IMG/VR virus record: IMGVR_UViG_3300028844_001770
Span: 2,514-66,513 of that record
From: a virus
Length of the DNA: 64,000 bases
Strand: one strand, 5' to 3'
Below, in pieces: positions 57,831-64,000 of this stretch. The first letter of the stretch is position 1, and every line of letters begins with the position of its first letter. The notes beneath the pieces are model-generated. The model did no database searches, was not told where the DNA came from, and saw only the letters and a program-made list of their open reading frames with translations. The position numbers were made by a program, and so were the translations under genes.

Positions 57831-58658
57831 TTAGAAAGTAAGTTTTACTCCAACTGAAACTTCGTCTGCACCGTTTTCAACCTTATCGTATGAATAGGTC
57901 ATAATACCACGCTTCAATGCAACAGTATATGTATTAGTAGCATTTAGTTCAACTACTTTAGCAGAAAGGTCACCATAAGCAACTTTAAGTCCTCTAACAT
58001 CTGTGCCGTTTGTAGCACCTGTCATTGTACCTAACAATGCATGTTTGTTATCTCCAGTTTTAGTAACACTTGCATCACCGACTGATGCATTTGCTACTGA
58101 AACAGTGATATCCATGATATCTAAACCTGCATCCATGATTTGGTTAGTTCCAGTTGCTGTCTTTTGGTATGAACCACCTAAGTCAACACCTGCAACATTC
58201 ATACCAGCACTTAGAAGTCTATCAGAATCTAAGACATCTTCACCTGCTATGCTTAATGGTCCAACGTCAGTGCTTAAACCAATCTCTGTAGATTTGTTTG
58301 CACCAGAAGGACTATATGCTGAAACAGTAACGTTTGCAATTGTAGTTGACGCTTTCATTCCCATTTCACCATCTACTTTACCAAGTCTAAGGTCAATTGA
58401 AGAAATTGATGTGTCAAGGTACAAGTCACCAACAGTTCCAGTTTCATCAACTTTTGCTGTAATTTCACCAACCTCAGAAGCCATACCTACAACAAGTTCA
58501 ACTTCTTGTGTATATGTACCTGAGTCAGTAATAGTGCCTTCGTATGTACCAGAAACTGATACGCCTGATTGCGTAACTGCTTCGGTATCTGCAAATGCGG
58601 CGAATGGCGTTGCTAACAAAGCCGTACCCACAATTGCTGTTCTTAATAAAGTATTCAT
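57831..58658 (-). CDS. Outer-membrane porin-like beta-barrel protein
   Basis: Sec signal peptide ending AFA-D, alternating amphipathic strands, C-terminal VGVKLTF beta-signal. Confidence 0.75.
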   Translation of the reverse strand: MNTLLRTAIVGTALLATPFAAFADTEAVTQSGVSVSGTYEGTITDSGTYTQEVELVVGMASEVGEITAKVDETGTVGDLYLDTSISSIDLRLGKVDGEMGMKASTTIANVTVSAYSPSGANKSTEIGLSTDVGPLSIAGEDVLDSDRLLSAGMNVAGVDLGGSYQKTATGTNQIMDAGLDIMDITVSVANASVGDASVTKTGDNKHALLGTMTGATNGTDVRGLKVAYGDLSAKVVELNATNTYTVALKRGIMTYSYDKVENGADEVSVGVKLTF

Positions 58659-58738
58659 AATTCTCCTATAGTTGTTTGAAATACATTAAGTCGATTCTCT
58701 TTTTATATGTGAGCAGAATCTTTCTCGTTATATAAACC

Positions 58739-58768
58739 GAGGCCATCACGCCTTCGCATGATAACCTC
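58739..58768 (-). promoter_or_regulatory. 5'-UTR stem-loop of porin mRNA
   Basis: GAGGTTATCATGC-GAAG-GCGTGATGGCCTC, 13 bp with 3 G-U pairs that form only on the minus strand. Confidence 0.6.
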
Positions 58769-58779
58769 AATTATTATTA

Positions 58780-58809
58780 ATTATAACATGTTATTTATAT
58801 AAGAGTCAA
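58780..58809 (-). promoter_or_regulatory. sigma70 promoter with nested TATAAATA late motif
   Basis: TTGACT-18 bp-TATAAT; TATAAATA within spacer. Confidence 0.6.
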
Positions 58810-58864
58810 CCCTAAAGTTGTGTTTTTTTGATAAAAATGTACAATTTGTAACAAATTGTTACAT

Positions 58865-59185
58865 TTATGCTGAAAAACTTGAGCCACAACCACAAGAGGT
58901 ACTTGCAGATGGGTTATCTATTGTGAATCGTTCGCCTTCCAGACTGCGAACAAAGTCTATTGTTGCTTCGCTAAGATACATGATGCTCATGCTATCTACA
59001 ACTAATTTAACTTCATTTGTTTCGATAACAGTATCATCACCTGCGATATCATTTTCAAAACCAAATCCGTAACTAAAACCGTGACATCCGCCACCTTGAA
59101 CAAACACTCTCAATGCTTGAGCATTTTGTTCATCTTCTGACATAATTTCTTTGACACGTTCTGCCGCATTCTCTGTAAAAATCAT
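58865..59185 (-). CDS. erpA: A-type Fe-S carrier (ErpA/IscA, HesB family)
   Basis: LRVFVQGGGCHGFSY, VVDSMS..YL, NP.A..SCGCGSSF. Confidence 0.93.
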   Translation of the reverse strand: MIFTENAAERVKEIMSEDEQNAQALRVFVQGGGCHGFSYGFGFENDIAGDDTVIETNEVKLVVDSMSIMYLSEATIDFVRSLEGERFTIDNPSASTSCGCGSSFSA

Positions 59186-59196
59186 TTTATTCCTCT

Positions 59197-59736
59197 CTAT
59201 TGGTCAAATACACCGTGATGTATTCCTTGTTCTACTTCGTGTTTTTTACTTGATGCCTCTTCATGTAGATGAGATATCTCATAAAATCTATTGATTAATC
59301 CAATCGCAGTTTTGTAATTTTTATATGTATCAATACTCTCTTCAATTTGTTCTATAATAAAGTTAGTATGACCTTTTAATTCAAAAATGAAATTCTCAAG
59401 TTCATATTGTGCGTTTGCTCTAGTAAGTTGAATTCTTAAATCAGATATAAAACTCAAATCTTCTGCTGTAGTGCCGTCTCTGAAATCCCATTCATGTCCG
59501 TTTGTTTCTAAAATATATCTTGCTCTTAGAATTGGGTCAACTAATGTGTTGAAGGCTCTGTGTGCAAATTCTTTATGGTCTCTGCCAATAAACGAGTTAT
59601 CATCTTTTAAGATATTTAGAATCTTTTTATAATGCGTAGAAAGACTTCGGACACTAGTTCCTTGTTTTTCTTCGACACCAAAGAATTTAAAATAATTCTT
59701 TTCATCTAAATTGTATAATCGTTTTGTTCCTGACAT
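59197..59736 (-). CDS. HscB-like co-chaperone with degenerate J-domain
   Basis: NYFKFFG, AFNTLVDPILRARYILE; HPD motif absent; adjacent to erpA. Confidence 0.65.
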   Translation of the reverse strand: MSGTKRLYNLDEKNYFKFFGVEEKQGTSVRSLSTHYKKILNILKDDNSFIGRDHKEFAHRAFNTLVDPILRARYILETNGHEWDFRDGTTAEDLSFISDLRIQLTRANAQYELENFIFELKGHTNFIIEQIEESIDTYKNYKTAIGLINRFYEISHLHEEASSKKHEVEQGIHHGVFDQ

Positions 59737-59760
59737 AATTCTCTACCTACTTACTATAAT

Positions 59761-59789
59761 ATAGTACACTGTTCTATTGTATAAGTCAA
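59761..59789 (-). promoter_or_regulatory. sigma70-type promoter
   Basis: TTGACT-17 bp-TACTAT. Confidence 0.5.
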
Positions 59790-59794
59790 GTGCT

Positions 59795-60268
59795 TTATTG
59801 AATATTTTTCAATTTATCTGTTAATTGCTGATAAGGACGAAGTCTCGGGTCAGTTTTATCAGATTCGTTGAATTCCAGACCATATCTCCAGCCATTATCT
59901 ACTTTTTCTGACATCCATCTGTTGTGTTTCATAACAGTTAAATCAACTTCTGTTTCATTTTCTGGTAAAAGATAATCTTCAGTAGTTGTTATTTCCATGA
60001 TAAAATCTTCATCTGTCCAGTCTGTTATAAGACCTAAAATAACTTCTGCCTCTGGCTCAGTCACACCTCGATTTAATCTAAAATCATAGATATGTTCATA
60101 CATTGCTTCATCACCCATATGATAAATTACTGCTGTTCCGTCTTCTAAAGGTTGAAATATGTTTACAATCGCTTTTTTAAGAACGACAATGATGCCACGG
60201 ACGTCAGATTTATCTAACTCCTTAGTCATTTTTAGTCTGATATGGTATTTGAAATTACTTTTGTTCAT
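59795..60268 (-). CDS. Hypothetical protein with C-terminal RyR-domain-like motif
   Basis: HNRWMSEKVDNGWRYG......KTDPRLRPYQQL. Confidence 0.7.
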   Translation of the reverse strand: MNKSNFKYHIRLKMTKELDKSDVRGIIVVLKKAIVNIFQPLEDGTAVIYHMGDEAMYEHIYDFRLNRGVTEPEAEVILGLITDWTDEDFIMEITTTEDYLLPENETEVDLTVMKHNRWMSEKVDNGWRYGLEFNESDKTDPRLRPYQQLTDKLKNIQ

Positions 60269-60269
60269 T

Positions 60270-60566
60270 TTACTGTACTTGATTTTCTCGTTTATCGGAT
60301 GCTTTCATAGTTGTGCTTGTAACTTGTAGTTCTTCATACTTAGTTGAACTTGAATTAACGTATAAACCGAACCATGCCGCACCAGAACCTACTAGAACTG
60401 ATACTAATCCTGCTTGTTGAGAGTTTGGCTCTGGTAATAGCATAAACCATTGAACTACATCATATAAAAGATAGATGTACATAGAGATAAATGCTCTAGG
60501 AAAGAGTCTCCATCTGCTAAAATATTCTGGTGCTATGTGAAGCCAGTGTGCTGTTTTTGATTTCAT
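60270..60566 (-). CDS. Small two-TM membrane protein
   Basis: WRLFPRAF..YIYLL..VVQWFM.LPEP..QQAGLVS.LVG.GAAWFGLY. Confidence 0.7.
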   Translation of the reverse strand: MKSKTAHWLHIAPEYFSRWRLFPRAFISMYIYLLYDVVQWFMLLPEPNSQQAGLVSVLVGSGAAWFGLYVNSSSTKYEELQVTSTTMKASDKRENQVQ

Positions 60567-60593
60567 GTCTAATACTCGGTTACTTTTCTATAT

Positions 60594-60602
60594 GTATTTA
60601 TC
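60594..60602 (-). promoter_or_regulatory. Late promoter candidate GATAAATAC
   Basis: Upstream of 60270..60566. Confidence 0.55.
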
Positions 60603-60655
60603 TTTTAAAAATGCGAATATTCCGACTCGCACTAAGATAAATTGATAAAAGAGAG

Positions 60656-62713
60656 TTAGACGTAGGTTACTGTGACTTTGATATCGCCTGCAGTTGCACC
60701 GTAATGTGCGAATGAACATTTAATTTCTAGTTCAGTTGCTCCGGCATAATGATAGTCTGGATTAGTTACATATGAACCTGTTGTTTCAATGTCATTTTCG
60801 TAATCAGACATAAATCTATCTGTATCTGATTGAACACCCACTATTAATGATGGTGTGCCACCTGTATGGCCAGATACGGCAGTTGTACATTCTATGAGAA
60901 CGCTTAATACCCTTGAGTTGCTACTAATTCTGCCTAATGTAATTGTAGATGTGTTACCGAAACCACCAACTGGCGTAGTAAATGTGTGTGATAATGAGTT
61001 AGCATCTGTAGCCGCACTATCTTCATTAGCAAGTAATACCCAAGCACCACCAGAACGAAGATATAATGCCCATTCACTTTCGCCTGAGTCTAGTACGTGA
61101 ACTTGGTCACCTGTAAGAGCCGAGGTGTTAAGAGCATCTCTTGCCGCAATATTGGCTACAACTGTAATACCACCGGCAGAACGAATACCCTTTTCAACAT
61201 TTAGACCTAGAGCATATGAACCAGAGTGACCTGACATAATACCAAAGTCTGTTGTAGGAGTGCCAACTTTATCAGTTAGAATAATTTCACCACCATCGTC
61301 TCGTGTTAATTTAAGAGTTGAACCTGTTGCCGCTGAATATGATGTTCCTAATGATGCGATTGAACTATTACCAGCAAAGTCATTACCATTACTATCTGAT
61401 GTTCCATTTACAATTGCAAATGCAGTACCCAGTGAATGTGTGATTACTAGATTACCAGATGAATGACTTGCTGTAATATTTGGAATACTTGCGGCATTAA
61501 TATCATCTGCCATATCTTCTGCAATAGCAACAGCCATACTATATTGGGCTTGTCCTGCAGTTGTAGTTGTGAAGTTAACTGTTGCGCCATTGATAGTCGC
61601 ACTAAACGGTGCGAAACCACCAACAAGACCGTAAGCAGAACTATAAGTTGTTGAATCACTTGTGATTATATTTGGTGCTGGAGTTGAAGAGGCTGTTACA
61701 TTATGCGAAGACGTTAATGCGTTGATATCTGTTACTGCATTGTTTATCGAAACTGTACCACCAGAGTTTGTTGTAAACAATACATCTGTTTCATTAATTT
61801 CTAATTTATCTGCCGCACTAGAAGTACCGTTTGTAACTGTTCCTCTGGATACACTTGGAACTGCGTTTGTTAATTTTAAAAATATAGCAACGCCAGTATC
61901 GGTTAATGTCAAGTCGCCAGAATTATCTGTTTTAGGATAAACAAAATCACCTGGATTTCCTGGCAAACCAGGAACGAAATCAACAATACCATTTGCTGGT
62001 CTTACTAGAAATTTGTTTGGTCCTGGTCCAGCGTGTGTTACTGTACCTACTAATCTTTCAATGTTATTCGCATCAGCCAATTCAAATACGTTAGTATTGT
62101 GGTCGATTGCAACTACATCACCCTGTTCGAAACCGTGTGCAGTTTGGTCTAACATATAATTCATTTGTGGATCTAACATATAATTCATTTGTGGATTTAA
62201 ATACTGAAAACGAGAGTTTACGTTTGCATAAAAGTCACTTGATACAATACCAACTGGCAATGGGTCAATCATAGGATGACCATTTTCGTTAATTTGGAAT
62301 ATAACTGCGTTGCCCGGAACTGTAAAGATACCATTACCAGCAGAACTTCTAAATGTGTTATATCTTAATCTATCTTCAACTTTACACACACAAGTTGTTG
62401 CTGTTTTTGATGTAATACTAACAATCTGTAATGCACGACCATCAGTAGCACCTGCAATATAATCGCCTACTACGATATCAAATCCATCGAATTTCTTAGG
62501 AGTTCTTGTTAAGTGTGAACCGTGATTAACAGTTGTAACTGTCATCGTAAGTTCCCAACGATATGCTTTTGGCTGAGAACCACCTGACCACCATAAATCA
62601 CCTAGTCCGTCATCGTGTGCCCATTGTGCGTCTGCAACTCTTGCCGTTACTTCAACAGGTATAACTTTTGCTGGAACATTTAAATCTATCGCACTTGTCT
62701 TATTGATTGCCAT
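60656..62713 (-). CDS. Virion structural protein (tail/baseplate-associated)
   Basis: Thr/Ser/Gly/Asn-rich beta composition; VVANIAARDAL...GDQVHV fibre motif. Confidence 0.7.
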   Translation of the reverse strand: MAINKTSAIDLNVPAKVIPVEVTARVADAQWAHDDGLGDLWWSGGSQPKAYRWELTMTVTTVNHGSHLTRTPKKFDGFDIVVGDYIAGATDGRALQIVSITSKTATTCVCKVEDRLRYNTFRSSAGNGIFTVPGNAVIFQINENGHPMIDPLPVGIVSSDFYANVNSRFQYLNPQMNYMLDPQMNYMLDQTAHGFEQGDVVAIDHNTNVFELADANNIERLVGTVTHAGPGPNKFLVRPANGIVDFVPGLPGNPGDFVYPKTDNSGDLTLTDTGVAIFLKLTNAVPSVSRGTVTNGTSSAADKLEINETDVLFTTNSGGTVSINNAVTDINALTSSHNVTASSTPAPNIITSDSTTYSSAYGLVGGFAPFSATINGATVNFTTTTAGQAQYSMAVAIAEDMADDINAASIPNITASHSSGNLVITHSLGTAFAIVNGTSDSNGNDFAGNSSIASLGTSYSAATGSTLKLTRDDGGEIILTDKVGTPTTDFGIMSGHSGSYALGLNVEKGIRSAGGITVVANIAARDALNTSALTGDQVHVLDSGESEWALYLRSGGAWVLLANEDSAATDANSLSHTFTTPVGGFGNTSTITLGRISSNSRVLSVLIECTTAVSGHTGGTPSLIVGVQSDTDRFMSDYENDIETTGSYVTNPDYHYAGATELEIKCSFAHYGATAGDIKVTVTYV
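62148..62195 (-). repeat. Perfect 2 x 24 bp in-frame duplication (PQMNYMLD)
   Basis: TCTAACATATAATTCATTTGTGGA x2. Confidence 0.95.
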
Positions 62714-62727
62714 CTAATTTTTACCTT

Positions 62728-63999
62728 TTATACTGTTGTAAACATCACCCAAGCATGTGTAGTCGTTCCGAAACTTCTTCCTGCACCAGTTGATGCTTCT
62801 CTAAGGTCTAGTGTTAAATCTACTGAACCCATACTACCAAAAGCAATTGGGCTTCCTGAAGTGCCGCCGCCTGCCATCTTTCTTGTGTTCATATCAGCGT
62901 GTGCGTTTTTAATATTATACTCGTTGGCAGAATATGCATAACCGTAAATAATGATACCTGATGGTGGATAATTTGTTGAACTGAATGATACTTCTACGTC
63001 ACCACCTGTTGCTGATACGATAGTTGCACTAACTCCTGATGTAGCATTAGTAATTGAATCCAAGTTTCCGTTTGTTGCATAGTTTAGTTTAAAGTACTCA
63101 ATTGTAGCACCAGAACCACCCCCACCACCTGATGGTGCTTGAGGAGCCCATTCGCTATCTGCTTGTACCCAAGTTAGAACATCACCGTTTGAAGGCGCAC
63201 TTGTAGATGTATCTACATCTGATAAATCGTTTATTGCTGAAGCACCACCACTTGTTGGTGTAGATGCAACGAATGATGAACCATTCCAAGATAATACATC
63301 TCCACTTGAGATGCCTGCTGTACTTACATCTGTCAAGTCGTTCATTGCGGCAGTACCTGATGCTACATCAGTTCCCGGTGCCCATTCTGAACCACTCCAC
63401 TTTAGAACTTGTCCTGTACTTGGTGCTGTATTACTTACATTCGATAATCCGCTTAATGTTGAACTTAATGAAATTACACCTGAATTAATTTGAATGCCTG
63501 TTCCTGCTGAAGTAGTATCTGGTTTATTTTTCAGATTTGCATAGTCTTGTACATCATCGCCATTGAATAATAAATTACTACTATTTGTTCTAAGTGTATC
63601 AGTTCCTAGATATAATGAACTGTTACTTAGATATAAGTGTCTTACTTTATTTGTTGCACTACCAATGTCGTATGTTGAATCTGCTTCTGGTAAAATATGT
63701 CCAGAGTTAGAAACTTGCCATCTGTCTGACCCGTTAGTGTTGAACATAACGTGGCCGTCGGCACCGCCATCTATTACTTCTACACTAGAGTTTCCTTCTT
63801 CAATCTTGTCAGTAGCGCCACTACTTGATTGTGCTATCCAAGAAAAGTCTGAACCATTCCAAGAAAGAACATCATTTGTAGATGCACTACTTCTATTTAA
63901 ATGACTATCTACATCACTGTTAGCATACATTGTAGGAGTACCTGATAAGTCAGAGTAATTTCCTGATGTTGCTACAGTTGCCAAACTTGAAGTTTGTGC
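62728..63999 (-). CDS. Tail-fibre-like protein, 5'-truncated by window edge
   Basis: Repeats L.DL.DV....P..G.VL.W.G..W, SG.YSDL..TP, HILP.ADSTYDIGS; frame open to window end. Confidence 0.8.
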   Translation of the reverse strand, partial: AQTSSLATVATSGNYSDLSGTPTMYANSDVDSHLNRSSASTNDVLSWNGSDFSWIAQSSSGATDKIEEGNSSVEVIDGGADGHVMFNTNGSDRWQVSNSGHILPEADSTYDIGSATNKVRHLYLSNSSLYLGTDTLRTNSSNLLFNGDDVQDYANLKNKPDTTSAGTGIQINSGVISLSSTLSGLSNVSNTAPSTGQVLKWSGSEWAPGTDVASGTAAMNDLTDVSTAGISSGDVLSWNGSSFVASTPTSGGASAINDLSDVDTSTSAPSNGDVLTWVQADSEWAPQAPSGGGGGSGATIEYFKLNYATNGNLDSITNATSGVSATIVSATGGDVEVSFSSTNYPPSGIIIYGYAYSANEYNIKNAHADMNTRKMAGGGTSGSPIAFGSMGSVDLTLDLREASTGAGRSFGTTTHAWVMFTTV

Positions 64000-64000
64000 G

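Noticed and set aside
58003-58671. 222 aa + strand ORF
   Set aside because: Antisense shadow of the porin gene
1-64000. Cellular origin, tRNA/rRNA genes or alternative genetic code
   Set aside because: Host-like genes are interspersed with phage replication and tail genes; no cloverleaf or rRNA seen by eye; ORFs are intact under the standard code

Overview
AT-rich, gene-dense segment of a large T4-like/jumbo dsDNA phage, probably marine with a proteobacterial host (inferred). Evidence: family-B DNA polymerase, sliding clamp, T4-type RNase H, ThyX, ATAAATA-type late promoters and tail proteins. Positions 1-22866 are a + strand run dominated by a modification cluster: a carbamoyltransferase, a seven-module glycosyltransferase-like protein, 2 methyltransferase-like proteins, 9 radical-SAM enzymes, 2 QueC-like PP-loop enzymes and a 2OG-Fe oxygenase. 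It ends with a direct-repeat-flanked two-gene insert and a ribosomal protein bL33 gene missing from the ORF track. Positions 22875-64000 are all on the - strand. They hold early-promoter gene cassettes (MoxR/vWA, alarmone hydrolase, truncated adenylation enzymes), replication and metabolic genes (MetK, APRT, PMM, DHFR, PiT-like transporter) and five genes that look like capsid-targeted, protease-cleaved modular polyproteins. They also hold an envelope module (porin, ExbB/ExbD-like pair, ClpP-like protein, SbmA/BacA), Fe-S assembly genes (ErpA/IscA, HscB-like) and tail proteins. All family calls come from motif recognition by eye; no database search was run.
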